A stretch of 64,000 bases of DNA from Botryllus schlosseri. Its lineage: Eukaryota. The DNA is taken from positions 20,646,001-20,710,000 of the forward strand of contig CM119379.1 in NCBI GenBank assembly GCA_051294905.1. The letters are read 5' to 3'. Position numbers and translations under genes: made by a program. How positions within the stretch are numbered: the first letter of the stretch is position 1; every line of letters starts with the position of its first letter. Below are positions 12,601 through 27,600 of this stretch, piece after piece. Below the pieces are notes generated by a model that did not search any database, was not told the origin of the DNA, and was given only the letters and a program-made list of their open reading frames with translations.

Positions 12601-15600
12601 AAGCGGACAGTTATTTCCATTTATCCCGTCCTCGTCAATCATATTTCGCGGCAACTGAAGGCCGCTGAAAAAAAATCGACCTTCGCGGAAGCCTTCTCGC
12701 GGAAATAAATCGTCTTTTAAGCCACGCGTCGAAGGGTATCGGATCCGGCGGTCTATGGTTACAAGCGCGGCGGTGTCGGGCGTTTGCCGGCGGCTTACCG
12801 CGCGAAAGTGAAAAATGCGGGCCGCCTGCCAATTAGCGAGCCCGCGTTATTTGTCTTTCCGAAGCGATTAGCGTAGTAATGAAAAAGCGCCCGCTCTATG
12901 CGTAATCTAGGTAAGATGAAATATTGTTAAATAATGGTCCGCGGTGCTTGTAACGAGTTGCGCGAATGTACGAAGCCGTTAAGGCCTGTAAGCGGAGTAC
13001 CTCATGACGGAGTTCTGATCATTGATCAATCAACTTGATAGTCGTTTGTTTTTAGTGCGTGTCCTTCCGGTAAGCCTCGTTTCAAGATCAAAACGCTACA
13101 TCTGACGACGGGTCTGTTACCAATGCGTTGTGTACGCATTACAATGTATTGGTAACGTTCGAGGGAGTGATTCACGAATATCGCATTGATTATTCCTGAT
13201 GCCGGAATGTGTATACAGATGAGTCTTTAGCCACGCAAAATTACATCATCTAAAAGCCAAGCAAACTATATTGTGAAGTTAGCCTCGTTAACATCCAACC
13301 TAGCTGTGTCTGATAATATTTTGTGATGATAAAATGGCGGTAAAACGGCGTGGAAAGTGACGTAACAGGCGTGCGCAATAACGGAACGCGTTAATAACGC
13401 CAAGCTAGAAGTCGTCGGAATTAATTTCGATTTAAGGTGGTATTATGCTATTATCGATAATATGACTAAATATCATTGACTTTGAAAAAACAACAAGCTA
13501 TTATTTTCATTGAACTTCCGTGAGCCGCTTGAGACCAGTCCACGGCGCCGAATTTACCGAACCTAGCCTCTCGGATGCGGGCGGTGGCGCTGTTAAGCTT
13601 CTTCGAATGAGTCTTGTTACAACAGGTTGGGTATAGCAATAAATTCAAGGTGTTATTGTAAGAGGGTCAGTTACCGATGTAATAAATCTCGTTCTCAACA
13701 TCTCGTCCTTTCGCGGCCTACGTATTCTCGAATTCGTCCTAATTGGATCGCTAACCGTTTTTTTTTCTCATGAGACTCTCCTGGTTGGCCGAAAATATCC
13801 GCTGGAAATAAGTAGCAATTTGCGGTGTGCTAAAGGGTAAGGTGAAGGTCAATACCTATACGCCGCGGCCTTCTTATCTGGCGTATATTAACGCGCAGCG
13901 CGGCCCGATAAAAGCGTCCATACGCGCGGTAGTTGGGTGTTCTCAAATTGCTGATGCTATCATCTTAGGCGCGTATGGTCATACGATACGGCGGCCTGTA
14001 ATTCATAACCTTGACATATCCGCGGTGTTAACTGTTAAGCCATTCTCAGTTTAAAGCAATGGTTTTATGCTACCGGTGTTCTTCTGATTCGGTATCGTGT
14101 TCCATCCGGTATTGAGCACGGCCATCGTCGTTAATGCGGTGTCAAGGCTATTCTTGCATACGCGATTTCGAGGTGACATTGGTTCTGTCGGTGCTGTTTT
14201 TCACTATTTTCCTGTTGATAAGACACGCTACCATCATTCGTAATTACCACGCGTGTATTTACCTGTGATTAGATAATGGAGGCGCGTTTTAAGCCGTAAA
14301 GTTTAGTCAAGTATGAATTTACGTACTGGTTTTTCCGTTTTTGGCATTGCGATTTTGCGATGTTGTTTGGTTAGGTGGCTTGGATTATAGAGTTATACCG
14401 CTCTGCGCACGTGCCGGCCGTACGCTTTCATATTGTCAATAATTTGGTCATCCAGGCCAAACGTAACGGCTGGATGGGCTGGCGATCTATTATCCCGTGC
14501 TTACCAAACACGGTGGACACTATGTTTCACCTTTCGCGCCCGCTGTGTCGGTACGCCACTTGAGTGGACAAGAGGGATTTGTGTTATCGCGATTCGCTTT
14601 GTCGCCAGGCGACGCAGATGTGAATTCAGCGCCGGTATACAAGCTAACCAACCGTTTATCAGCAGTTCAGCACGCCCGACTGCGCTTCGATGTGGGGCAT
14701 AATATAAAACACGGAATTGCAGTCAAACTACGAACAGCTACCCAACGATTCATGGCAAATCACCACCGAATACCGCGATATATTTCCCATTTATAATCCG
14801 GGGCGATAATGGCTCCAAAGCTGGGCAGTTATCGAGATATCGTATTATAGAATCTCAAAATTTTAAATTTTCCCCGATGCGGCTGTGTTCGGATTGGTTA
14901 CTTGTGCGAGGCCTCTTTTCGGGAATTCAATATGGGCTTTTTTATGTATACTGGAGTGATAATTCGGAATCGATAGCACATGGAGTTCAGTAGTTTAGTG
15001 GTTACAACAGCCGATTAGGGATCCGCATTATAAATTGGATGTACTGTTATTCGACGCATAAATCCGAAAAAGCGAACTACGAAATGACATCAACCGTCAA
15101 CGGTAGATATTTGCAACGCCTGCTTACTTGGATTTCTCGACGGCTTTGGCTCCAGAGTCCGTTAATATTATGAGCACGTGGGCTAAAGTTAGGGTTTGGG
15201 TAAGGTTAATTTTGGTGTTAGGGTCACACGCGCGAGTGTTGCATGTCCTACTGTCATTTTTCATTGTGCCGCATGCATAATGTCCTGCAACCCGCTCACA
15301 GACCCAATACCAATGTGGCCCTTGATTTTTGACCTTAAACCGCCGCGGCTCTATTTGTCTCGAGGCTTACGCCTGGCTTTTCATCCCTGGGGCGCGAAAT
15401 TTCTGTCACCCGATCCGACAAGCAAACCCCCTCCTCCCTAATCCAATCCGTCAATAATTAAATCCAGCCCGGCCTTTGTAGGCGTGCGGCGCGCGCGCGG
15501 CCCGACGAAAAATTCACCCCCGCAGGAACCCGCCTAATCAATCGGCAAACACGAAACGAGGTGCCGGAATTCCGCGGATTTGCGCACGTAATTGAGATTA

Positions 15601-18600
15601 TGTCATTTTGTAAACTCCGGCGGGGTCACGGGGGCGGCCGTGAAATCAGATACTGCCAACATCGTGTTCTGTTCGCGATAAACCCCCGGACCCGCTTTTG
15701 GATGTTGTAGGCCCCCACGCGGTATCTGTATGTTGATCTTAACGGGGTTTTCTGTGTAAGCAACCCGCGGTCTGCAACAACAAGGATCATTGTGTGGAAA
15801 ACTATCGTTTTTTAGGGGCTTGCGAGTGTGCTGGTCTTGGAGGGTGGCCGGTAGACGGTGATTTTTGCTAATTAGCTCCGTAGATTCACGATTTGACAGC
15901 GTCTGCCGGCTGTTTTTGGGTGCATTTTACATCTTCATGGACATCAGGTCTCATTTGCTCACTTCCCGAGCTGGAGAATAACGAATTCAGAATGTTGTGT
16001 ATGGAAAATAAAACTATTCGTGATTACAGGGCTGATTTGTCAAATATCAAATCGACCTGAGAAGTCGAACGCTTGGCTTCACCAGACTATTATGTACGCA
16101 AGTTAAGCTATTGTGTGATTGCGAGCAAAATTGACTTTCTGGCCTTACTGCAGCGGCGTGGCCGTATGCGAATAATCATCTATTATTACATTCCAAGATA
16201 ATATGACGACTGCAGTCGTTCCATCCACGGAGGGAAGTTCGTGGTCATGCGTATGGGTACAGGAAAAGCATCTTATACCCTCAACTTTTGGACATGACAG
16301 ATTTCGACTGGTCGAAGACACCCACAAATTTGACCTTTTTTTACGCATAGCTCGAACCGTGACGACTCCTCGAGCCTGCATTCGCGATTATGAGTCTCGC
16401 GTGATTACGGGGTCCGCGTAATCTGATTAAGACAGCTCACGTCCGGAACGCTTACGATCAAATAATGGCCGTCCTATTCTGACATGCGCAGACCGCGATC
16501 GTTCAACATTCAAAGCGGCCACGCGAGCTATTAATACGCGTGGCGAACGCACGGCCGCAGATCAGCGTCTTGTGAAATTACAAAACTAAAATGGATCACC
16601 CCGGCTTACTAAAAAGGTTGTTTGTTAACAATTCTCCGCGTCTAATGCCTGTTTTGCGATAGGCAAAGTATATCGTTAGGAAGATGAATTTCCGCGTAAC
16701 AATAGCCTGCCGCTTTGCGGCCAGCGTAGTCGTCAGATTTTGACTCAACCGCGGCGTCGAGGCCTAATAAGATTAGACACGGGGTGTTACTCGCGGTGGA
16801 ATCATTTTGTCATCATTTATCATCATCACGGACCCAAGTGGAACTAAATGCCCCGATATCGCGGCTAGGCGACCCCTATTTTCGGCTTACGATAACCCGG
16901 CCGGCCTTGATACTTAGCGGGCTAGCCCCGTGTCAAAGTCGAAGTGATCTCGTGCTTCTAAACCTGTCTTATTGCGTGAAGGCTGCGGGTGTAGAAAGCT
17001 TGCGATTTGGTGAACTTGATCGCGGATAATGTGACCACACGCGATAATTCCGGCGCTATCAAGCCGTGGGATGTGATGGGTTCGTCGTTCTCAAACGTGG
17101 TCGCCATTTTGTTTCTCTGCAATTCTTTCAAGTTGGCCGATCAGCTATGGAAGGCTTGGCCGCTTGACGTTTTTTGGGCTTAATGTATGGAATGATGTGA
17201 CCGTTTCGTGTGACATCTCCTACTTACGTACTAACTCGGATTTGCGTAAAACCTTCCCGTTTGTAATCGAGGAGAATAATATTTTACGAACACGATTTAT
17301 GCCGTGTCTATGGCGTGACTTGTAACTAAGTTATACTATGGTGTTGTGTGTTTTCCATTTCCATACTTGATAATCTCTTTCCATACCATAATTAGTGTTT
17401 CCCATACCATATCAACATTCTTCCGTACCGTATTTGATAAATTTCCATACTTTCTTATACTCCCGATGTAATGAATATCATGACACACGGGCGGCCTCGG
17501 ATGTTGACATATTGTACGAGATATACTTGAAATTGAACCAGCCCAGATGTCTAGAAAATTTACAGGAGCCAGTGCTAAAGAGTCTGTCCCGTAAATGCAT
17601 ACGCCACAGTAAATATTGTGATCGCATTTGCTTTAATACTAGTAATTGGAGGTCCGTAGATCATGGTGAAGAGATGCATTATTCCAATTGAACAAATTTC
17701 ACTAATCAGTTTGGTACCGACAAATGTAGTCAAGTATGGAAGTGTGTGATTATATTGTATGCCATATTTGAAATTTGACTCTCCCGTTTCCATATTCGAT
17801 GCCCAAATTTGGTGCCATACCGCACATCCATATCATGTCATGAGGCGTTTCTGACATCCGTTGTTTCATCAAGTAAACTTCGATGAGCAAAATGGCATTG
17901 GAAGTGTCCGGACTGCGCCAATTCCTTATAAATAAGGTAGCCCTGAAGTAATGCCCAACTTTTTACTGCAACCGAGTCCAATTTCTCGAATAAAATCGTT
18001 AATAACATGATAACTAGTCCTGATTGGCTCGATGTTGAAATGTGCGTATTTTGTACACGGTGATCGTATATGTACTGTCCGTTGACTACGAATGCCTTTC
18101 TATATTTGCCAGTAGCATTATACTGCTTATGGCACTAGAAATTTCGAAATATCTAGGCAAGATTTTGGCAGTATCGGTCAGATTTTCGACCTTTACGACT
18201 TCCAAGCGCCAGTTCACACGTACCTGCATTCATGCGTTCCTATTCACATTTCCAAGATTTGGATTTATGACTAGCTGTCAATTTTCGGGCTCAACTTGCA
18301 AGCGAATGTGCAAACAGTTTGTTTGCGTGGCTTTAGCGAGGCGTAATTGTTTTTATTCCCCGGTTTCCGGTCGCGCAATCCGGCTATCGCGGTGGCTCAG
18401 AAGTGACGTAATGCCTTTATTTATCCTCGCTGCGTGGACTTGAAGATATTGTTGACGAAACAAGCCCGGTGCCAGATCTTTTCAAAACATCGACTGGGTG
18501 GCTCATGTGCGAATATAATGAAGCCATTGCCGATCGGGGGTTGATTTACGCTGGTGTACACATATTTTGTTTGATTGCAATCTGTAGATCAGTTTTCCCT

Positions 18601-21600
18601 TGCCTGGCGCTAGATGTTATGTCTGCGTGCTGTGTGATGTAAACGCGCCGTTGTTGTTATACGCGGAGACGTAAGCACTGTACTTAACCATACCGATGCT
18701 GATGTGCTTCAAATGAGATACATTTCTGTATTGGTTTTGGTCTTTCGCAAACGACGCATGGTGGATTGGTGGTGGTGTGGTTCCGAATAGCCAATGTTAA
18801 CGTTTAGGGATCACGTGATTACTCTCGTAATGTAACAATCCCTGTCATCGCAGTATTCAAAATCAAACCAACAGCCAAATAGCCAATTGCAACCTGTTGA
18901 TAAATAGGCTCTAATTAGGGTTAGGGCTCGGCAAAATCGAGTACCTGAGTGATTCGAATCTGAATCACGTATTACCCTTCGAGTCGAGTATCCGAGCATC
19001 ACTCCTTTTGATATCACAACAGAATGTACTAAGTCAAAGTTCAAATATGTACCTTTTATGCCACCACATAGAACAAAATGTTTGTCATCCGTCACATTAA
19101 TTACCGATACTTTGGTGTTTTTTCGACCATACCGATTTCATTGAACTTCTTGACGATGTTGTGGGATGATCATGACTTCGGAAATGTGTTATTTCCAGTA
19201 ACGTTCGTAGCTTGTACTATGTCTCGTATGCTGCGACATGGCCAATCAAGGTTTCAAGTCTTCCGCAGTGGAAAATAGTATCAGAACTATACTTCTCGTT
19301 GGTAAATTAACTTTCAGTTGCGATTAGTGTATAATCTCAGTACTCGAAAAAATCGTCTTTTACTACTCGACTCGAATCATTAAAATTAATGCTCGATTCA
19401 GATTCGAGTACTCGAACCATTGTGCCCAGCCCTAGTTATAATTCGGGTCACCGACAACACGGCCTGCGATCTGAATTGAGATTTTGGAAGAAGACTTAGT
19501 AAAGCATTTTGAAATTATGGATTTGATTTCGGTTTCAAAATATTGCTGTTGTTCAAAGTAGGCTATTCTTCTGTCCCCAACATCACTGTTCCTGGGTAGC
19601 TGAAATGGCAACAGTATTCCATCGAGGGGAAATCAGCTTATATGAATGGGCAAACTTCCCTGACATTTCCGAGATGCTTAAAACGGCTTGGGGCTTCCCC
19701 ACAAGATCAAGCAACGCGAGGTGTACCTTGTCTCGCTAGCCCCAATATCGATTCCTTAGTCCATATAAGGCGTTGGTCAGATATCGTGCGTAGCTCGTAC
19801 TATAAAATAAAAGTGATGATCATGATACTTTTGTTGTATTTGTATTTCTTTAGTAAAATATTATTTCCTTTGTGGTAACTGTGTCGGTCGCCCATTTAGA
19901 GAACGCAGCTCTGTACAGACGTAAAGTTTTAAAAACATGGCTGCTAAACAGTGTGGCCTTGTTTGTCTCAATATTGCGGCCCGCGGCCTCTACGAAATTT
20001 GAAAAGTGGCCCGCGAGCCGTTTTGAGCTGGCTACCCCTGGGTAAGATATTAGGTTTAAGGCCGCCAAGCGCCGAATTCAGGATGACGAATTAACTGGTG
20101 ACCATTTTAAAAATCATCGGTATATTTAATTTGTAACTTTCATGGCTCATTTACCATCGCCGCTCCGTGTGCAGGACCAGGAGGTGAAGAACTCGTTTCG
20201 CGCGTGCGGTGGCTTTGAAACGTTGGAGAAAATTCTGGAGCTTACCCTCAACTCAAACCTCACGAGCTACAAAGGCGAGGCGGTGCCTATACTTCCGGAC
20301 AGGTGAACGCAAAATTCCTATAATAGCCGATGCGATTCCGCGGGGACGCGGGTCTATAACCGCAGACAGGGAGAAAAGCTCTTTCGTATATGAACCTAAC
20401 AAAAATATGTGCATGTAAATACATGGGTGGGAAATGGGTGTGTGTATTCAGCAGAATATCACCATAACGTAATACGCGAATGATGGCGTCCGCAGTTTCC
20501 GGTACCAATTACTGAATTACACCCATTACAATGGGTGAAAACGTGTCAGCTACACCTATCCTTATGGGGATATATCCGATGCGTGCAGTGGCTACTTCTG
20601 TTTGGGTGCGTGCCGCCTTTTTGCGCTTTCTTGGGGTGCTACAGAAGAACAGAACCCCTTGGACATTACTTGCATATGTTTAGTTCGCTGATTTTCACTC
20701 ATTGGAATTGTAGCAAAAATGGATTTGTTGTGTGTTCGTGTTTTATTGGATAATAATCAGTTTCTCAGGAAAAAAACTCTCGATTGATATTTGCGTTCGC
20801 GCGTTTTAAATATCAATTACACACACAGGTCGTACTGCCCATCGTCGGGTCGCGTGCAGATTTCTCTGCCAAAATAGGGGCACGTATCAAAAATGTTTTG
20901 AGAATACCTGCTTTGTCGGTGAGATTAGTCGGCAATATATTCCCTGGTCATATCTTTCGCACAGGGTTGAGCTGTGAATCATCCTTGTCATTTTTCCTTC
21001 AGGACAATCGCGAATGCGGCCGCGGCGTTGAAGACGGCCTGCGAGTTCAGCCACGACAACGTGCTGTACATGTTATACTCGTTTCGATTCACCGTGCTTA
21101 TCGACGTGCTGTCTCTTTTGTTAACGGTAAGCGGACTGTGTTTTGTGGGAATTGCTATTCCATGGGGCGGTACGCACAAACGGTTAATAACGAAGGACTG
21201 CTACTTTTTCGGGTTCTCAAGTACGTTTTTCCTATATGCTGAAGTCTTTAGAGATTGAATTTAGTCATTATAGATTTGAATTTATAGATTACGAACAGAG
21301 ATGACCAGGAACGAAGTACTTCGTCTTTTTCGAGTTATCTAGTAGATTTGGCCTGCTTCACTAGTTATTGAAGTTCTCGGGTTTTAAACTACTTATACGT
21401 CCACAGTTTCTGTGCTGAACTACTTTTTACAATCCGAGTTGTTATGTTTCTAGACAAGCTCCACTACTATTCCACCGTTTTCAGGCAAAACTACTTCCTA
21501 TTTACACCTGAGATCTTGTAAAGTAGAGAGTAGTTTTGGGATAAGTTTTATCACTTCCATAAGTAGAATACAGAATCTCGTAATACTTTTTCCGAAGCTT

Positions 21601-24600
21601 TTCGGCTGACTCTCATCAGGGGATACCGTCAGCAATAATGCGAGCATCCATAAACTATGTCTAACGACAATCAGTATTGCTTGCTAATTATGACGTCGCG
21701 CATAGTAAAATTAGAAATACGAGAGAGCTATAGCGCCTGACCGCCTGTATCATTGCAACTGAATATATTATTGCGAAGATTGTATCTATTTGCAGTGCCA
21801 TTAGTCAGTTTGCGTTGGTAGCACCAAATCGATTCTCGATTGTGGCATTGCATACTGTGGTTTTGATTAGGAACGGATGTGTCGTGTTGATCCTGTGTCG
21901 TGGTGTGTACTTTCGCGATGTAGAGCGGCCCCGACGCGCTAATTTCGATTTCTTATCCATACGCGTGACGCTGCATATTTCATGACATCCCCGTTATCGA
22001 GACAAGCCTTCACAGCGCCGCGACCCTGGACGCCTGATGTTTGTTTACCCCAGCGCAGCTACCTATATACGCGGATGTATCTCACTATTTCCGTGAAGAT
22101 AAATCGTCCGCGATACGGTCTGCTATGTCACCTTGACGGCTATGAATATTTTATGCGCCTTTCCGACCCCGGAATCCATTCCCGAGCCGTGTAGTTACAA
22201 ATGTGTGTGGTTGGACGGGTCACGTGACGACGACCGCGCGAAATTGTCGAGAGTTTTAGTGCCTGTAGTGTGGGTGCTAATGACGTGTGTTGGTTGCATG
22301 TAATTAAGTTGTTAATGGTGCTTGGATTTGACCGTTTATTCCGCGTTTATTTTCTGGCATGTCCATCAGGCATGGTTTACATTTTATTCTCAATCGCAAA
22401 ATGTAAGTGGTTGAAAACTTTCTATAAGTTAGAAACAGAAATTATCAAATTTTGAATGTCTATAATATAAATATGGCACATTGAGCTTGTGCCGGCTGTT
22501 TCCATTGGTTATTCGAATTTTCATGCTGGTGACGTCATATTTTGGGACATAAGATACTTGGATGTACATGACTTCCGTATATAATCATATTGACTAAACC
22601 CGAATATTTTCGGTTGACACTCGTCGGCGGTGATCGTCATTCGTCAACAACTATTTCGTGATGCGATTGCTGACGTACAATGTCCTTTACAATTACCGTA
22701 ATTTTCCGAATATAGTGCGCCCCCATGTATAATACGCACCCTTAAAATGACGTGTATATTCTAGGAAAAAGCCTGTACCCATGTATAGCACGCACCCTGG
22801 ATTCACAGTACATGAATAGTTGCGTTTTAGTACACGATGTTGTTCTGTTTTCCGATGTCACTGTCGAACAATCATGACATGATGATCGCTAATCATAATA
22901 CAATTGACGGCATTGTCTCTAAACGAAAGTAGATAGTAGCCCAAGCCTGTGAGGTCGGCGACGCGATAGTTCAGGCTAGCGACTCACGACATCTTGCGCA
23001 CGAGGCCTATTACAATTACAGATGCGATTGCTCAGGCCAACGGTTATGTCGGGCGCACCAGTCCTGTTGGAGATGCGACTGATTACGCAAGCGATTTTAT
23101 CTTGCGCACATGTGTATGCGATTGCTAAGGCCTGTCGTTGACGCGATAAATCAGCAAGGATTGCCGCGCACGCTTGGAGCAATCAGCGACCTAATTTCGC
23201 TCGCGTACAAACAGCAAACTGAAAGCAAGAGATCGCGTGCTGTGCAGACGACTCTCGTTAATTAGAAACTCGCTTTTCGTTAATTAGCAACACGCTTTTC
23301 TATTTGGCAGCGCGTCACACTAGCTATAATACGAATTACGGGGCCCAACGGCTACAGGTGATGCGCGATTTGAACAAACATGAAGAAAGGTGTAATTTCA
23401 AGTTTTTGATCTAGGGATTTTTTTTCAAGGCTTACTGTACCCATGTATAATACGCACCCCCCCTATTTTAGAGCAAAAATCGGTAAAATTTTGCGCATTA
23501 TACATGGAAAATTACGGTATCCACTGTAGTTGTTGACGTTTGCCCCTAACGAGTGTCGGCCGAAAGTATTCGGGTTTATTCCAATATGAATATATATTCA
23601 ATTGAATATTGAAGTTTTTGCGATTCCAAGAGTCTCTTTGACCTGAATTAGTGTGTGTAATTGTAGAAATACATCGTGGAATAGATCTTATTTTACAATA
23701 GAACGCCTCCTGACTGATACAGAGCTCACTGTGTTCTTTCGAGTTATCCTACGTCACAGCGCTGCAATTGTTGCTTCGTTTAATACCAGGAATATATGAA
23801 AGCTTAAAGACTTTTTGAACAAAATTGACGAATTTCGACAGTGCAATATCAATTTACCGGCATTTGGCAGTAAGCAGTGTAATAAATAGAGAATCTACCG
23901 GACAGCGGAGTCGCATTTTTTTCATAAGATACCCAGCAGTGAAAATCGAGTTGGCGGTTTCAACAGGAAATTGTGTCGCAGAAACGTCAATAGAACCACG
24001 CGTGACAGGTGTTTTACCAGCAGCAAATTTCCTATTTAAATTTGACTTCTTTGTGTTGAATTGCATACTTTCGTCGTCGCTAGATTCTGTCTTGATGTGA
24101 TTTCTGAAAGTTCACCGGTCCGCAAAATTTTATTCGTAATCTTACCGGTCCGCTAGCTCTAAAGTGGAAACCAGTAGTTCATTCGATCAGGCCTATGTTA
24201 CCGGTATTATACGAACATATTGGTAGTGTTTCGTGTGCTACTCTGAAGATTTGAACTCGATTCCAGCTAAACCTAGAGGGCGGCCTCTTCCAGCTCGATA
24301 CAGCCTAATCTACATCAGAAATTAGCGGATGACGAATCGCGAAATGTCATCTCGGCGGCCCGCATGAATATTGCATCGCCAGAAGCGTGCTTCGCCCGTG
24401 TCAATCATGGCCCGCATCGCGATAACGTCCCTCAAACCGGATCCGCGTCCGTGCGGGAATGTTATTTTCGTCGCATCTGACGCCGGCGCAGTCATAATCA
24501 CACGGCTCTGCCATGAATATTGCAGCGGGCGACCTAGCTTGACAAAACTGCTCGCCGAAATTGCGGATTACTAGCCTGATGGGCTTGCGATAGCGACAGA

Positions 24601-27600
24601 TGTGGTCAAAGTAATCGGCTTTGGTACTCAAGTAGAAATAGAGTCACGTCTTGTATTTTTACCAAGTTACAAGTGCTTCTCAGAGGCGCAGAACTCCAAT
24701 ATACAATTGAATAGTGTATTCAAAATGAAATGTACCCGGGCATTTTAGACTGACACTCGTCAGGGGTAATCGTCAGCAACTAATAGAGAGTTGGAAGCAA
24801 CATTGTATATCAACAATCGTATTACAAAATATGACGTCACCGGCATGAGATTTTGAATAATTGGGGTGAAGACAGCGCCTAAACTTAGTTTACTATGTTA
24901 TCAATCACAAACTATAGTCGAGTACTGTACGTAGTACCCGTCCGTCTGAAATGACCATCCTGACGCTAATATTAAGTTGCACATCAATAATATAAGACGT
25001 ATTATATCGGTGTTGCGCGCGTCCAATTAGTGAGATGTGTGTCGCCAATTAGCGAGATTCTGCTGTGCACGACGTAACGCGACGCGATCTCCCGCTGAGA
25101 TTTTCGCGAAATCAGGTCGCGCTCGGCAATCGTCGCTGGCCTGATTTATCGCGTCTGCAATAAGCCTAGTCCCGCTGGCTTGAAGAATCGAATCTGCAAT
25201 AGGCCCGGCGCGCCCTGTACCATCGCTGGCCTGCACAATCGCATCTGCAATGGGCCTTTTGCGAAAGATACCATCGCTGGCCTAACTATCGCGTCTCGGG
25301 CCTAGCGTCCTTTGCTATCTCTCGATGGCTTGGAGACAATGCCGTTTTCCAAATCGAAAAATTTGCTCTCCAGTAACTTCGCTTCTACGGGTTGGAATGA
25401 AGCCAGATTGCTTGTGCATCGTTTTTTCAGACAACCTAACAATTTCATGGGGTTAGCCAGTATAATTTGAAAAAAAAATATATTTTTATTAAATAAATCT
25501 ATTGGTTGGAATTGCACCAAAATTGGCGTGCAGCGATTTTTTGGGTAACCTAACAATTTATCTAGTAGCCAGTACAATTTGAAAAAAAAGTCATTTTTTA
25601 ATATCCCAAATGTTCATCTCATATCAAATCTGAGCTCCTGCTCATTAGGGCTGGGCACAATGATTCGAGTACCCGAAACTGAATCTAGTATCAATTTTAA
25701 TGATTCGAGACGACGTACTGTAATTATACGCTTCTCGCCACTGAAAGTTAATTTATCAACGAGAATTATAGTTTCGATACAAATTTTCACTGTTGAAGCC
25801 TTGAAACCTTGATTTGCGGTATCGTAGCATGCGAAACATATAGCACAAAGCTACGAAGGTTACCGGACCTAACACATTTCCGAAGTCATGATTATCCCAC
25901 GGCATTGTCACCAAGTGGAATGAAATCGGTATGGTCGAAATAATACCAAAGTATCATTCATGAGATTGATAACAGGCATTATATTCTTTGTGGTGGCATA
26001 AACGGTTCATATCTGAACTTTGACGTATTGTATTCTGTTATGACGTCATAATGAGCTGTACTCGATTACTCGACTCGAAGCATATTACGTGATTCAGAAT
26101 CGAATCACTCGGGTACTCGATTTTGCCCAGCCCCACTGCTCGTAAGGATCAAAATAGCAAATGTCTGCACATGCACTTTGCACACCCATGTTGGCCAGTT
26201 TTGCACGATTCAGTTCTGTAGCATTATCAGGGCGACCAGAAATAACCGTAAATTATAATCAGAGTACCGGCATTTAATTCTAATTAGGCAATTGGAATTA
26301 ACCTATAATAGGCAATAAGAATTAAGAATTATCTCGTTATCGAAGTGTCCCGGTAACCTCTGGAAGGCGATGCTTTGTTACGGCGATGTGCGCCTACCTT
26401 TCTGAAGCCTACATCGCTGGATTTGATCACTCTACTTCTACTTGTTACAGAAATCAATGCCGCACGACGGCAACGGCTCCGCTCCCCCCAAAAGCCCCGG
26501 CGTCGGTAGAAAATTTGGGGGCAACGCAAGCAGCAAGACCCCGGCGAACCCGGAAAGTATTTTCAACCCTTCCGCGTCCGCTCTGCTGGATGCCGTCGCC
26601 TTTGCTTTGCGTTTACTGACTTCACATCCGTTCATCCAATCGGAAGGGAATGCCGTGCAGATACGGTAAAGTTTTGTGAAAATTCGTAGACTTTAGCGCC
26701 AAATCGGCCGTCTTGTGACCTTCCGACCTTGTGTACTTTCAAATACCCAACCCATTTCCATTGTGCTTTGCATATACGCGGTTTCGTTGTCTTGTTTCGT
26801 GCGGCGTGCGATGTTTACGGAATTGTACGCTGCGGAATGAGGCTGTGCGAACTTTTCACGCCGATAACGATCGGATTAAGGCGAAAATTTCCAAATATTT
26901 GAATTGTTAGCACAATTTTGTTTGTTGGCGTTCGGCACTGCTTCGGTAACATAATTGACGTGTTGAAGGTAGGTAAATTTCAGGGCGGGAAATTACACGA
27001 AAAAACGTCGTCTCGTATGATGCTTAGAAGTAACGGCGTAAGCTGTTCACGTCGTAAATTTTTACTTCGGTACCATTGGATGCAGCTATTTTCAAGGAAG
27101 TAAAAACGTAACATTGTCTTAGTTTTTACTAAAAGAACGAAAACTGTGGGAAGCAATCTAAAAAAGCTGCTAGTTGCGCGGTTGGATTGCTTAAAAAGTT
27201 ACGATTGAAAAAAATTAGTGGCATCGTGTACGGCGCGGAATTTTACGCGTCTAATTTTAGGTGATTAGCGCCGTTGTTCTTCTTCCTTAAACATTCGCGT
27301 GCTGTCTCTGTCGAAATTCTTGAACCTGTGTAGACTATAACGACAGTGAACGAATATTCTTCTTACTGAATGTCCCTGTCGAAATCCCCGAACTTGCCTA
27401 TTTTCCGAGCGAGATTGTCTGGCGCGGGTCGCGAACTTTCGCTTACGGCATTTCCGCGACGCGCCGTCACTCTCCTGCGAAACGGGATTGTTTACGTCAC
27501 GGACGCGCCGCCTCTTCACAATGCCGCTGTTTTCAGCGACAACAAACAACTGACGAAGGCCGTCCGCGCAGCCTGCGCGGCGCAATCCAAGTCGGACGAT

